Source: Candidatus Zhuqueibacterota bacterium (lineage in GTDB: Bacteria; Zhuqueibacterota; Zhuqueibacteria; Thermofontimicrobiales; Thermofontimicrobiaceae). Taken from it: a stretch of DNA of 64,000 bases. The position numbers and the translations under genes are program-made. The notes beneath the pieces are model-generated. The model saw only the letters and a program-made list of their open reading frames with translations. It had not been told where the DNA came from and searched no databases. Shown piece after piece: positions 28,745 to 39,476 of this stretch. Position 1 is the first letter of the stretch. The number at the start of each line of letters is the position of its first letter. Location: the NCBI GenBank assembly GCA_049322915.1, contig JBMOPW010000034.1, positions 256,001 through 320,000 of the forward strand. The letters are read 5' to 3'.

Positions 28745-29665
28745 TTACCTGGCCATTAATTTAACCATAATCGCTTTTTGAGCGTGCAGCCTGTTTTCGG
28801 CCTCATCAAAGACGATGGAATTTTTGCTCTCAATGACGCTATCGGTGATTTCCTGTCCGCGATGCGCCGGCAGACAATGCATCACGTAGGTGTCTTTTCG
28901 CGCCGCCTGCATCAGTTCGTCGTTCACCTGATAACCGGCAAACGCCTTGTTCTTTTCCTCAGCCTGCGTCTCCTGGCCCATGCTCGCCCAGACATCCGTG
29001 TAAATGACGTCAGTGTCCTTCACTGCTTTTTTCGGATCGCGATAAATGGTGACCTCGCTGATGCCGGCATTCCTGGCATTGGCCACGACATTGGGATCCG
29101 GGTCGAATCCTTCGGGCACAGCCAGCGCCAGGGTCATTGGATAGCGCGACGCGAAATTCAACCAGGAGTGCGCGAGATTGTTGCCATCGCCCACAAAAGT
29201 CACTTTCAAATTGTCCAGCGTTTTTCTGTGTTCGAGAATCGTCATCACATCGGCCATCACCTGACACGGATGGTTGAAATCGCTCAGCCCATTGATGACC
29301 GGCACGGAAGAAAATTTGGCCAATTCGACCACATCATTGTGCCCAAACACCCGGGCCATAATTCCGTCATTGTACCGGGCCAGCACGCGGGCAACATCTT
29401 TCACGGCTTCGCGAGTGCCCAGACCAATATCATTCGGCGAAAGATACAGCGCATGGCCTCCCAACTGAAACATGCCCACTTCGAATGAAATTCTCGTTCT
29501 GGCTGATGGCTTTTGAAAAATCATGGCCAGCGTTTGTCCTTTCAACAGATGATGGGTTTCACCCCGTTTTTGCTTTGCCTTCAATTCAATGGCAAGGTCA
29601 AATAACTCTGTAATTTCCTCTTTTGTCAAATCGGCAATGGATAGAAAATCTTTTTTCACGAACAA
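28745..29665 (-). CDS. argF: Ornithine carbamoyltransferase
   Basis: FQKPSARTR, HPCQ, DVWASMG, HCLPAHRG, EAENRLH. Confidence 0.95.
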   Translation of the reverse strand: MFVKKDFLSIADLTKEEITELFDLAIELKAKQKRGETHHLLKGQTLAMIFQKPSARTRISFEVGMFQLGGHALYLSPNDIGLGTREAVKDVARVLARYNDGIMARVFGHNDVVELAKFSSVPVINGLSDFNHPCQVMADVMTILEHRKTLDNLKVTFVGDGNNLAHSWLNFASRYPMTLALAVPEGFDPDPNVVANARNAGISEVTIYRDPKKAVKDTDVIYTDVWASMGQETQAEEKNKAFAGYQVNDELMQAARKDTYVMHCLPAHRGQEITDSVIESKNSIVFDEAENRLHAQKAIMVKLMAR

Positions 29666-29767
29666 CCTCCTGAAACATGAATGTATAAATGAATTTGAGT
29701 ACGATTAGTCACAAATTTATGATCGACCTGTGATTGCTGCAATGGGCGCGCTCCCATCATTGACAAT

Positions 29768-29798
29768 CAGCCGCCAGCGAAACCTTCACTGGCGGCTG
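29768..29798 (-). terminator. GC-rich hairpin between hslU and argF
   Basis: CAGCCGCCAG-11nt-CTGGCGGCTG perfect 10-bp stem; weak U-tract. Confidence 0.45.
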
Positions 29799-29833
29799 TC
29801 ATTATAAAACCGAGCGACTTTTTGCAAACGGAA

Positions 29834-31204
29834 TTACAGAATGTAGCGACTCAGGTCATCGTCCTCGACGATATCCTTGAGCGTGTCCTTGACCATTGTT
29901 TGCGTGATCTTCACTTCTTCGATTTTTGTATCCGGCACTTCGAATAAAAAGTCTTCCAGCAACGTGGTCAGAATCGTGTGCAGCCTTCTCGCTCCGATGT
30001 TTTCGGCTTTCTCGTTCACTTCGCTGGCAATGCGCGCGATTTCCCAGATGGCGTCCTTTGTAAATTTCACTTTGACGCCTTCAGTGCCCAGTAAAGCTGT
30101 GTATTGTTTGATGAGTGCATTTTCAGGCTCGGTCAAAATCCGTACAAAATCCTCGGTGGTGAGACTGTTCAATTCCACGCGTATGGGGAATCGTCCCTGA
30201 AGCTCCGGGATCAAATCCGATGGTTTCGATACATGAAATGCGCCGGATGCGATGAACAGGATGTGGTCTGTTTTCACCATGCCATACTTGGTGATCACGC
30301 TGGAGCCTTCGACAATGGGAAGAAGATCGCGCTGCACGCCTTCGCGGGAAACATCAGGGCCATGTCCGGAATTTTCTCCGGCGATTTTATCGATCTCGTC
30401 CAAAAACACAATGCCCGAATTGGTCACACGTTGAATCGCCTCGCGGATCACATCTTCCATGTCAATGAGCTTCTGCGTCTCTTCCTGAATGAGGTATTTT
30501 CGCGCATCAGGGATGGACATTTTCCGTCGTTTCATTTTTCGCGGGAAAATGGGTCCCAGCAAATCCTGAATATTCATACCCATCTCCTCGACGCCCATGG
30601 GCGAAATGACCTGCATCATGGGCGATGTTTCTGACGGTACATCCAGTTCCACAGTGCGATAATCCAGTTTCCCTTCACGGAGCTGACTTCTCAGTTTTTC
30701 TCTCGTGCGCTGTCTTTGCTGCTGCTTCTGGGCAATTTCTTCGCTGGAATTTTTCAGTTCATCTTCACCGTTCCGCGGTGGCGGCAGCAGCAAATCAATC
30801 AATCGCTCCTCGGCCAGCTCCGTTGCTTTTTGCTGCACCAGAACCGTCATCTCATTCCGCACCATGGATACGCCCAGATCGACCAGTTCCCGAATGATCG
30901 ATTCCACGTCGCGCCCCACATACCCGACTTCGGTGAATTTCGACGCTTCGACTTTCAGGAATGGCGCGTTGGAGAGCCGCGCCAAACGACGGGCGATTTC
31001 CGTCTTGCCGACGCCGGTCGGGCCGATTAAAATAATATTATTGGGCATGATTTCTTCGCGGAGGGACTCATCCACTTGTTGCCTGCGCCAGCGATTTCGC
31101 AAGGCAATGGCCACCGACTTCTTAGCCTTGTCCTGGCCAATGATATATTTATCCAATTCCCGAACGATCTGTTTTGGGGTTAATTCATTAGAATTATTTC
31201 TCAT
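29834..31204 (-). CDS. hslU: HslUV protease ATPase subunit
   Basis: [51 protein letters not shown] supports ATG at 31204. Confidence 0.97.
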   Translation of the reverse strand: MRNNSNELTPKQIVRELDKYIIGQDKAKKSVAIALRNRWRRQQVDESLREEIMPNNIILIGPTGVGKTEIARRLARLSNAPFLKVEASKFTEVGYVGRDVESIIRELVDLGVSMVRNEMTVLVQQKATELAEERLIDLLLPPPRNGEDELKNSSEEIAQKQQQRQRTREKLRSQLREGKLDYRTVELDVPSETSPMMQVISPMGVEEMGMNIQDLLGPIFPRKMKRRKMSIPDARKYLIQEETQKLIDMEDVIREAIQRVTNSGIVFLDEIDKIAGENSGHGPDVSREGVQRDLLPIVEGSSVITKYGMVKTDHILFIASGAFHVSKPSDLIPELQGRFPIRVELNSLTTEDFVRILTEPENALIKQYTALLGTEGVKVKFTKDAIWEIARIASEVNEKAENIGARRLHTILTTLLEDFLFEVPDTKIEEVKITQTMVKDTLKDIVEDDDLSRYIL

Positions 31205-31282
31205 AATGCTCCTTAATAACAACGTCCCATCCTGATAATCAAGTTCACAACTCCTATCCAGTAGCAGCGTCAAAAGCAAGCT

Positions 31283-31840
31283 CTACAATGTCTCAACCAT
31301 GATTTTATCATTCGTGTAAATACAAATGGATGCGGCAATTTTCATGGATTCTTCAGCAATCTGGGCAGCTCCGAGTTTGGTATGTTTGATCATTGCCCGG
31401 GCAGCTGCAAGCGCGTAGGCACCGCCAGATCCCAACACGAGAATATTATCGTCAGGTTCAATCACATCGCCGGTGCCGGAGATCATGAAGCTATTGTTCA
31501 TATCAATCACGGCCAGTTGCGCCTCCAGCCGCCGAAGGTATCTATCCGTGCGCCAGTCTTTGGCCAGTTCCACTGCCGAGCGCGAAAGATTGCCATTGTA
31601 TTGAGTTAATTTCGCTTCGAATTTTTCGAACAGGGTCAGCGCGTCAGCGACCGCCCCGGCAAAGCCCACCAGCACCGAATCATTGTACATCTTCCTGATT
31701 TTGCGCGCGCTGTTTTTCATCACGGTATGCCCAAACGTGACCTGTCCATCGCCAGCCATGGCCACTCCGCCATTATGTCGAATTCCAATTATTGTCGTCG
31801 ATCGAACCATTCTTCTCATCCTCACATTGTTATTTTGCAT
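31283..31840 (-). CDS. hslV: HslUV protease peptidase subunit
   Basis: STTI..., [32 protein letters not shown]. Confidence 0.97.
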   Translation of the reverse strand: MQNNNVRMRRMVRSTTIIGIRHNGGVAMAGDGQVTFGHTVMKNSARKIRKMYNDSVLVGFAGAVADALTLFEKFEAKLTQYNGNLSRSAVELAKDWRTDRYLRRLEAQLAVIDMNNSFMISGTGDVIEPDDNILVLGSGGAYALAAARAMIKHTKLGAAQIAEESMKIAASICIYTNDKIMVETL

Positions 31841-31879
31841 AAATCTATTTTCTTCAGTTCAAATTTCTCTGGCCGTCTG

Positions 31880-33331
31880 TCAAATTTTTCGCCGCAGTCG
31901 CGAGACCGGTATATTCATCTGTTCCCGATATTTCGCTACAGTTCTCCGCGCGATGTTGAAACCGTCCTTCTTCAATATCTCCACAATCTTCAGATCATTC
32001 ATAGGCCTTCGAGAGTCTTCTTTCAAGATGATGTCGCGAATTTTGTTTTTCACCTCTTTGTTGGACACGTCTTCCCCATCGTCCCGCTTGATCTTTTCGC
32101 TGAAAAAATGTTTCAATTCAAATACGCCGTAATCGGTCTGCACGTATTTCCCATTCGTAACGCGGCTGACCGTTGAAATGTCCATTCCAATATCTTCCGC
32201 AATATCTTTCAAAATCATCGGCCTGATAAATGTGGGTCCATTCTCGAAAAACTCGCGCTGCTTTTGAATGATGGTTTCGACAACGCGGGTGATGGTGACG
32301 CGCCGCTGGTGGATGGAATTGATCAACCACCGCGCGGATTCCAATCGATTTTTAATATACTCTTTGGTTTTCTTCGGGGTCTTCTTCTTGTCCAGCAGCA
32401 ACTTCCGGTAGCTGTTGTTGATGCGGAGATGCGGGATATTCCAGTCGTTCAACACGACATTGAAATCGTCGCCATCCTTTTCCACAATCACATCCGGCGT
32501 GATACTGTTATCATAAATATTTAAATAGCCTTCCCCCGGCTTGGGATTCAAGTGGGTGATAATGGTGAGCACCTCTTTGAAGTCATCGATGCTGACGCCC
32601 ATCTTTTTGGCAATTTTCTCGAACCGTTTATTTTTGAAATCTTCAAAATGATCTTCGATGACAGAAATGGCCAGCGGATGCGGCGACGGCAACTCCTGGA
32701 GTTGAATGAGCAGGCACTCCTGCAAATCCCTGGCCCCAATGCCAACCGGCTCGAACCGCTGGATAACGTTGAGCACCTTTTCCACTTCCTCAATCGGGAC
32801 GTCCAGATTGGTCGCGATCACTTCCAGCGCGCAGGTGAGGTAACCCACTTCATTGATATTCCAGATGATGTATTCGCCAATCACAACTTCCTTCTCGGAA
32901 AAATCGGTCATGTGAAGCTGAACGAGCAGGTGTTCGGGCAGCGTTGTTTGATTGACTTCGGGTCGTTCGAATGTCTCCGCACTATCATCTTTCGGCGCAC
33001 GGATTTCATAATGATTTTCATCATTGAGAATGGTGTCCCAGTCGATTTCATCTTCATTCTCCTCTTTGAAAGATTCCTCCTCGGCCTCTCCATTTTCACT
33101 GTCTTGCTCCCCTTTGTCCTCCGCTTCCTCCAGCTTCATCTCCTCTTCCGTTTCCTGTTCCAACTCCTGCTCCATTTCAAAGTCTTCTTCAAGAAGCGGA
33201 TTCTGTTCCAATTCTAATTTGATTTTTTGCTCAAGGCTTAGAATTGGAAGCTGAAGCAATGTCGACAAAAGAACCTGTTGGGGCGATTGTTTCATGTAAA
33301 GCCCCATGCGCTGAGAAAGGTTGACGTTCAT
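31880..33331 (-). CDS. rpoN: RNA polymerase sigma-54 factor
   Basis: Q/L-rich region I, acidic region II, STVSRV, RpoN box ARRTVAKYRE. Confidence 0.97.
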   Translation of the reverse strand: MNVNLSQRMGLYMKQSPQQVLLSTLLQLPILSLEQKIKLELEQNPLLEEDFEMEQELEQETEEEMKLEEAEDKGEQDSENGEAEEESFKEENEDEIDWDTILNDENHYEIRAPKDDSAETFERPEVNQTTLPEHLLVQLHMTDFSEKEVVIGEYIIWNINEVGYLTCALEVIATNLDVPIEEVEKVLNVIQRFEPVGIGARDLQECLLIQLQELPSPHPLAISVIEDHFEDFKNKRFEKIAKKMGVSIDDFKEVLTIITHLNPKPGEGYLNIYDNSITPDVIVEKDGDDFNVVLNDWNIPHLRINNSYRKLLLDKKKTPKKTKEYIKNRLESARWLINSIHQRRVTITRVVETIIQKQREFFENGPTFIRPMILKDIAEDIGMDISTVSRVTNGKYVQTDYGVFELKHFFSEKIKRDDGEDVSNKEVKNKIRDIILKEDSRRPMNDLKIVEILKKDGFNIARRTVAKYREQMNIPVSRLRRKI

Positions 33332-33413
33332 TGTAACCCGTTCCTATTTTAATCACAGAAAATTAAAGGGTTTCGCACAACTATTTAAATTTTTTCCTCG
33401 CACCCCGGGCAAA

Positions 33414-34145
33414 TCACCGACCCAGTCGGAAATTCTCGCCGAGATACAATCTGCGTGTTTCTGTATCCTCCGCCAAAAACTCAGAACTGCCTGATTTTAA
33501 CACCACCCCCTCGTACAGCAAATACGCGCGATGGGTGATAGACAGAGTTTCGTGCACATTATGGTCTGTGATGAGAATGCCAATACCTCTGTCCACCAGT
33601 CCCCGGACGATATTTTGAATGTCTTCCACAGCAATCGGATCGATCCCGGCAAACGGCTCATCCAGCAAGACGAAGCTGGGATTGGTCGCCAGCGCGCGCG
33701 TAATTTCAACGCGGCGCCGCTCTCCGCCGGATAACGTGTAGGCCTTGTTCCTGGCCAGATGCGAAATGTCCAGATCGGCCAACAGGCGCTTCAGACGTTC
33801 TTTTCGCTCTGTCCGGCTCAGGGACATCGTTTCCAGAATGGCCAGCACATTTTCTTCGACCGTCAATTTCCTGAAGATCGACGCTTCCTGGGCAAGATAG
33901 CCAATGCCCATGCGCGCGCGCCGGTACATGGGCAGATTGGTAATTTCCTGCCCATCCAGGAAAATGCTGCCGCGGTCCGGACGAATCATGCCGGTGATCA
34001 TATAAAAGCTCGTCGTTTTTCCAGCGCCATTTGGCCCTAACAGCCCGACGATTTCCCCCTGGTTCACTTCAAGACAAACATCATTGACAACGGTTCGTTT
34101 ATTATAAATTTTTACAAGTTTTTCGGCGCGTAATTTCTGTCCCAT
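33414..34145 (-). CDS. lptB: LPS export ABC ATPase
   Basis: [48 protein letters not shown]. Confidence 0.96.
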   Translation of the reverse strand: MGQKLRAEKLVKIYNKRTVVNDVCLEVNQGEIVGLLGPNGAGKTTSFYMITGMIRPDRGSIFLDGQEITNLPMYRRARMGIGYLAQEASIFRKLTVEENVLAILETMSLSRTERKERLKRLLADLDISHLARNKAYTLSGGERRRVEITRALATNPSFVLLDEPFAGIDPIAVEDIQNIVRGLVDRGIGILITDHNVHETLSITHRAYLLYEGVVLKSGSSEFLAEDTETRRLYLGENFRLGR

Positions 34146-34149
34146 GTAT

Positions 34150-35265
34150 TTAAAAATCCTCTCCTGGCGGCACTTTTCCGACCGGGTAAAAGATGCCGGA
34201 CGATAGCTGGGGATTGCTTTCGATGATGATTTTGATGATCTCCCGGTCGCGGAAAAACATGGTGATTTTATCCCCGATTATTTTGTTCAATCCTTTTTCA
34301 TCGTTATCCTCGAACACGTGATAATAACTGGTCGCCTGCTTTTCCACGATCGCCTGCTGAAGCTGCTCATCTTCGAAAAACATAGTGATCACCTGACCGG
34401 TGAGCTTGTTCAACTGTCGGGCAGATTTTTGTTGCGTCGTGTCGACCACTGACGTGACCATGGCGCGGTTCTTCACGATGGCCTTCACCAGCGCCCTGTC
34501 TTTGATAAAAAGATGAATCAAATCGCCGCTCAAAAAATCGCCGCCCTGAGTGACTGTCGGATTTTTATCCAGTAAGATTTCATTCGTCCTGCGATAATAT
34601 TCCGCCTTGCCGCAGGTGGAAACAGCCTTCTTGTGGGTGATGGTCACGCTGTCCGAGACCACCGCCTTTTCCCCCCTTTCGAACATCTCCATGATCGAGC
34701 TGGTGATGCGAAATTCTTCCGCACCGGTGCTGTCTTTCTTAATCAGTATCGGCTCGCCGGTCACTTTTGCATAGTCCCGGACATTATCTATTTCTGCACG
34801 CTGCCCATAAATGGTGAAATTGTTCTTGAAATCAGTCATCACCACCTGGCTGTCGGCCATCACCTGATCTTCATTTTTGAAATAGGTGATGCGCGCCGCC
34901 GTCACCTGATTGGTGGAATCCTTGAGCTGGACGCGCCCCACAGCGCGATACATCTTCGTTGCGATGAAATAATAGACTATGTCGGCCAGCATCTCTTTGG
35001 ATGCGTCGTAAATCCGCACATCCCGTTCGATGATCACTTCATCGGTATCGACCCACCATTTCACCCGCTGGCAATACATTTCCGCGCTGCCCTGGCGCAG
35101 ATGCACGTTGCCGACCAATTCCCGCAGCAACCCGCCCTGCGCGTTTTTTTGCCGCAAGCTGTCGTAACTGACCAGCTCCAGTTTCTCCGCGCTATTGGCC
35201 TGTGCAACCGCCAGCGCCGGTGAAAACAATATAAGCAATGCGATGGTTAAAATCCAGTATTTCAT
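34150..35265 (-). CDS. lptA: LptA/OstA-like periplasmic beta-jellyroll protein (long form)
   Basis: Signal peptide; repeated beta-taco motifs ([16 protein letters not shown]); sits between lptC and lptB. Confidence 0.75.
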   Translation of the reverse strand: MKYWILTIALLILFSPALAVAQANSAEKLELVSYDSLRQKNAQGGLLRELVGNVHLRQGSAEMYCQRVKWWVDTDEVIIERDVRIYDASKEMLADIVYYFIATKMYRAVGRVQLKDSTNQVTAARITYFKNEDQVMADSQVVMTDFKNNFTIYGQRAEIDNVRDYAKVTGEPILIKKDSTGAEEFRITSSIMEMFERGEKAVVSDSVTITHKKAVSTCGKAEYYRRTNEILLDKNPTVTQGGDFLSGDLIHLFIKDRALVKAIVKNRAMVTSVVDTTQQKSARQLNKLTGQVITMFFEDEQLQQAIVEKQATSYYHVFEDNDEKGLNKIIGDKITMFFRDREIIKIIIESNPQLSSGIFYPVGKVPPGEDF

Positions 35266-35279
35266 TTCACGGCGTATGT

Positions 35280-35930
35280 TTATTTTTTAGACTGCGAAGG
35301 ACTCGCTGTGGAATCCGCGACCAGACTATCCGGCGAATGCTTCTTGTTCTTCAGTTCAATTTCCAGGTCCAGACCGCGACTCAGTCGGCCGCGCCCTTCG
35401 GTGATGACCCAGTTCTCGAGATTTTGATCCGACTCGAAACCGGTGCCATTGATGGTATCGTTTTCGGCGGTGGTGATGGTGACAAATTCATCGGAGACAA
35501 TTTTCGCCAACCGATTGTCCCACCAGATGCGCTCGGTTGTCAGTGTGATTCCGGTGTCGGACACGACATAGACATTGCCGAACGCTTCGATATTGTTGGT
35601 CGCTTCATCCAGCCGGCCTTTTTCGGACGTCAGTTTGGATGTGTGTGCGCCTTTTTCATTGAAAAAATCAACGACTACGTTCTGATCAAATTCCACGATC
35701 TTCTTCTTTTCGAACCGCTGCATGTGGCCGTAATGAATCACCGCAGTCACCACACCATTCTGCGTCGATGTGACTGTGGAATTCCAGCCTTCCTGATCCG
35801 GAAAAATGAGCTCTTCGAAATTGGCGACCGCGCCCGTATCGCGGCTGTCGCACCGGACCAAAATACCAATGCACAGGATGACTGTCAGTATCAAATGGCT
35901 CAAATAAACGTGTGGACTGTTTCGTTTCAT
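35280..35930 (-). CDS. lptC: LPS export protein LptC
   Basis: VDFF...TSKLTSE.G, GNV.V.S..G..L.TE...W, G.GFESD; hydrophobic N-terminus ending LVRC; synteny. Confidence 0.85.
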   Translation of the reverse strand: MKRNSPHVYLSHLILTVILCIGILVRCDSRDTGAVANFEELIFPDQEGWNSTVTSTQNGVVTAVIHYGHMQRFEKKKIVEFDQNVVVDFFNEKGAHTSKLTSEKGRLDEATNNIEAFGNVYVVSDTGITLTTERIWWDNRLAKIVSDEFVTITTAENDTINGTGFESDQNLENWVITEGRGRLSRGLDLEIELKNKKHSPDSLVADSTASPSQSKK

Positions 35931-36008
35931 ATCCCGACTGATATTAAAAATATTTTTTTTTGAAACGTGCCTGTTTGAAATCAGGGTCGTCCCATGCACG
36001 GAGTGGGC

Positions 36009-36926
36009 TTATTCCTCTGGCGGCCGCGTTTTCCAGCGTTCGTGCATCCAGACCCATTGCGTGGGATGTTCCCGAATGAACTGCTCCAACGCATCGGAAC
36101 AACGCTGGGTATTTAGTATCCGATCTTGTTCCATATTGCCACTGATTTCCAGCGCTATCTCGTCGCGTATTTCGATGACGTGCTGTCCTTTTTCATTGAC
36201 ATGCACGGCCATCGGCACAATGACGGCTTTGGTCTTCATCGCCAACATCACAGGGCCGACCGGCGTGTAGGCTTTTCGTCCCATGAAATCCACAAAAACG
36301 CCATCCACCCGCGTTGTATCCTGATCGATGAGAAGTCCCACAATTTCATTGCGGCGCAGCGCCCGGAGTATCTCGCGCGTGGCAGCGCCCCGTTCAATAT
36401 AGTTCAATCCGGAATTTTGTCGATTGCCCACCACCAGCGCATCCAGCCGCGGGTCATAAATGGTCGCGCCGACCACATTCACCCGATAGCCTTTCATGGC
36501 TAGAAATGCGCCCATGAGTTCCCAGTTGCCGATGTGACCGGTCAGCGCAATGACGCCTCTGCCCTTTTTCAGCGCCGCGTCTAAAATGTGCAGGCCGTTG
36601 GCTTTGGTGATGAGGTCGATATTGCCGCTGTTGTATCGAGCTAACCGAAACGCATCAGCCATATTGCGGCCCAGATTCGCGAAGACATCGCGCGCCATCT
36701 GTTTAATTTCCAAAGGCGTTTTCACGACGCCGTACACCTGGGTCAAATGGCGAATGGTTTTATTGCGTTCGCTGCGAACGAGATAATAGCCCAGCCGCGC
36801 CATGTTTTCCAGGAATTTCATGGCCGTCGACCGCTGGACATTGTTGATCCACATCAGCCCGCTTTTCACAACGACATAGATCAGCCAGTTTTTTATCCGT
36901 TTCCGAATGCGCTTCTTTTTGCTCAC
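36009..36926 (-). CDS. Lipid A acyltransferase (LpxL/HtrB family)
   Basis: GHIGNWE, LIDQD, VDFMG, PTQWVWMHERWK. Confidence 0.9.
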   Translation of the reverse strand: MSKKKRIRKRIKNWLIYVVVKSGLMWINNVQRSTAMKFLENMARLGYYLVRSERNKTIRHLTQVYGVVKTPLEIKQMARDVFANLGRNMADAFRLARYNSGNIDLITKANGLHILDAALKKGRGVIALTGHIGNWELMGAFLAMKGYRVNVVGATIYDPRLDALVVGNRQNSGLNYIERGAATREILRALRRNEIVGLLIDQDTTRVDGVFVDFMGRKAYTPVGPVMLAMKTKAVIVPMAVHVNEKGQHVIEIRDEIALEISGNMEQDRILNTQRCSDALEQFIREHPTQWVWMHERWKTRPPEE

Positions 36927-37912
36927 AAAATCCCCGCCTCCAGAACATCGTGAATGTGCACAATGCCCACCGGCACATTGTCGTCGTTCACAATGATCAC
37001 CTGCATGATGCTATAATCTGTCATCAGTTTCAGGGCGTCGGCTGCCATTGTTCCCATTTTCACCGTTTTCGGATTTTCGCCCATCACTTCTCTGGCAGTC
37101 AGTTTCCAGACATCCGTCTTTTTCTCCACCAATCGCCGGATATCGCCGTCGGTGATGATGCCCAATAACCGATCATTCTCGTCCACCACGCACGCGGAAC
37201 CGAACCGTTTGTCCGTAATTTCAAAGATCACTTTATCGAGGGACAGATTCTCCGTGACTTTGGGAATCCGCTCGCCGGTGAACATAATCTCATCGATGAG
37301 CATGGTCAGTTTTTTGCCGAGGCTGCCGCCGGGATGAAGCATGGCGAAATCCTGGGCATTGAAATCGCGCCGCTCCAGCAGGGCCACTGCCAGCGCATCG
37401 CCCATCACCAGCGCCGCTGTAGTGCTGGAGGTTGGCGCCAGATTGAACGGGCAGGCCTCTTCGACGACACTGGCGTCCAGAATGATGTCGCTGCGCTCGG
37501 CAATGCGGGAACGCCTGTTGCCGGTGATGGTGATGATGGGGACGCCAATTCGCTTCAGGACAGGGACAATTTGAAAGAGCTCGCTCGTATCGCCGCTCTT
37601 GGAAATGCAAATCACAATGTCGTCTTTGTGGACAATTCCCAGATCACCGTGCAATCCCTCTGCCGGATGCAAAAAAATGGCGGACGTGCCGGTGCTTGTG
37701 AACGTGGCAGCGATTTTCCGGCCGATAATACCGGACTTACCCATGCCCGAAATGACCACGCGCCCCTTGCAGCGCGAGATGAGATCCACAGCCAGGGCAA
37801 AATTGACATCGATTTTCGTCTCGAGTTCACGAATGGCCAGAGCCTCTTTCGAAATAACCTCTTTACCGGTTTGAATAATCTTTTGAAATTCTTCCTGCAT
37901 GCTGTCTGTCAT
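36923..37912 (-). CDS. kdsD: Arabinose-5-phosphate isomerase (SIS + 2 CBS)
   Basis: GMGKSG, HPAEGLHGDLG, EACP.NLAPTSST, HPGGSLG, CBS pair. Confidence 0.95.
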   Translation of the reverse strand: MTDSMQEEFQKIIQTGKEVISKEALAIRELETKIDVNFALAVDLISRCKGRVVISGMGKSGIIGRKIAATFTSTGTSAIFLHPAEGLHGDLGIVHKDDIVICISKSGDTSELFQIVPVLKRIGVPIITITGNRRSRIAERSDIILDASVVEEACPFNLAPTSSTTAALVMGDALAVALLERRDFNAQDFAMLHPGGSLGKKLTMLIDEIMFTGERIPKVTENLSLDKVIFEITDKRFGSACVVDENDRLLGIITDGDIRRLVEKKTDVWKLTAREVMGENPKTVKMGTMAADALKLMTDYSIMQVIIVNDDNVPVGIVHIHDVLEAGIL

Positions 37913-38006
37913 TTTCTAAACCTGCTCCGTAAGTCCCGGGGAATAGCCCTCGTCGTACCTGGCCATTTTTCAGTTCATTTCATGGAGTCAATTAAAACGT
38001 GTCTCG

Positions 38007-38681
38007 CTATCGGGGTAGCGCCTTTTTGGGAACAGGCACGGTTCCTTCGATGAAGACCGCCACGGAATCGACTCCAAAATTGCCTTCATTCTCTGCATCA
38101 TACGCCATGGCTTTGAGGACCTTCCCGCCTGCCAGTCCCGTGACCTCCCACTGGGTGAATTCGAATGGCTTTTGCGTGTCCGAGAACAACAGCGTCGCTC
38201 CATCCATAAAAAAGTCGACGCGGGAGATCGGCCAATCAAACACCACCTCGGCTTTGATGGCGCGAAAACCAAGCCCGGGAATAATTTCGTTCTCCACCGG
38301 CTGAGTGATGGTCACAATCGGCGATTCATTGCCGCGCACATTGACATAAATTTCTCCTGTGACCTTGCCGCCGTTCTCGTCTTGGACTTTCACTTCAAGC
38401 CTGAATCGGTCGGAATAATCAGGCGCAATCCATTTCACCTCTTCTCCTGTGGCTGAAATGAACTGCCCTTTCGAATTGCTGGTCCAGTGAAACGATAGTT
38501 TATCCTCATCAGGATCCTCAGCCTCCACGCGAAGCGTGGTTGTATCCAATGTCCCGATCTGAACAGGGTCCGCGGCGATGCTGTTGATGATGGGATTTTT
38601 ATTGGCCAGTTTTTCCACCACGCCGCAATACATCAACCCGGCAAAAGAAGCGAAGAATAAAATCAAACCTATTTTTTTCAC
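38007..38681 (-). CDS. Lipoprotein with two Ig-like domains
   Basis: LMY-C lipobox-like; NKNPII..A.DPDED.L.F.W and P.VTITQP...VDFF.DG...PFEF.W Ig motifs. Confidence 0.7.
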   Translation of the reverse strand: MKKIGLILFFASFAGLMYCGVVEKLANKNPIINSIAADPVQIGTLDTTTLRVEAEDPDEDKLSFHWTSNSKGQFISATGEEVKWIAPDYSDRFRLEVKVQDENGGKVTGEIYVNVRGNESPIVTITQPVENEIIPGLGFRAIKAEVVFDWPISRVDFFMDGATLLFSDTQKPFEFTQWEVTGLAGGKVLKAMAYDAENEGNFGVDSVAVFIEGTVPVPKKALPR

Positions 38682-38696
38682 ACGTGCCTTCCCTGC

Positions 38697-39467
38697 TTAA
38701 AATTGTGCCACCTGGTAAATTTCTCGCCCGGAACTGTTTTGATCCTGCAGGAATACAACGACTTTCATGCGCTCCATCGTGTCGTTCGCTGACATGGCTG
38801 CGGAGAAGCTGAAATTTTTCACCTGACCGGAATCGAAACGACTGATGATCTGTCGCGGGAGAATTTTTTTCACCAGGAACCGCTGTCCCGACGTCCCGCG
38901 ATTTTCATAAACGACCGCATTCACCGAAAGATCGCTCTTGTCGGAATTGCCCAGCCGGGCAATGGTGACGTCCAGATTGATGACATTGCCCGCTATTTTC
39001 TTCTCGGCCTCAATGAGGAAATAGCCGGTATCGCCCAAAAGTTGATCCACTGCGGCGGCGTAGCGATTGTAGATATTCTCCTCGGATGCGCCCTGAACGC
39101 GCAGGCCAGTCCCATTGAAAAAAGCATCCGGAATTCCCCGTTCATTGGTTGAGGGAATGTATTCGTGATAACGCTGGTTCGTCTCGTTCAATGAGAGCGG
39201 GTCGTTCCAGCCGGACTTTGTCACGTGATATTCCAGCGTGATTATTTTCCCTTCATTTTCTTCGCGCAGACTAATTTCCTCCATCGCCTCCACGGCATAT
39301 TCGCAGTAGTCATAGCCGGTGCTGTCATTGACGAACATTTCCACCAGAATTGCCCGTTCGGTAAAGCTCTGCGGATTCAGGGGATCGAGCAGGTTGTCCC
39401 GCTCCAGATCTGCGCATGAAACAACGTACACCAGTGGCAAGAGCATCAAAAAAAATAGCTGTTTCAC
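38697..39467 (-). CDS. Omp28-like lipoprotein (thioredoxin-like + Ig domain)
   Basis: VVS-C lipobox; ILVEMF, LEYH, GIPDAFFNG, AVVYE, VVVFLQD...EIYQ. Confidence 0.72.
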   Translation of the reverse strand: MKQLFFLMLLPLVYVVSCADLERDNLLDPLNPQSFTERAILVEMFVNDSTGYDYCEYAVEAMEEISLREENEGKIITLEYHVTKSGWNDPLSLNETNQRYHEYIPSTNERGIPDAFFNGTGLRVQGASEENIYNRYAAAVDQLLGDTGYFLIEAEKKIAGNVINLDVTIARLGNSDKSDLSVNAVVYENRGTSGQRFLVKKILPRQIISRFDSGQVKNFSFSAAMSANDTMERMKVVVFLQDQNSSGREIYQVAQF

Positions 39468-39476
39468 TTTTCCTCC

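Noticed and set aside
31205..31279. Apparent N-terminal extensions on hslU (also purE, NCS2 permease, lptC, the 1158-aa ORF)
   Set aside because: Downstream ATGs with SD sites and/or family-typical N-termini fit better
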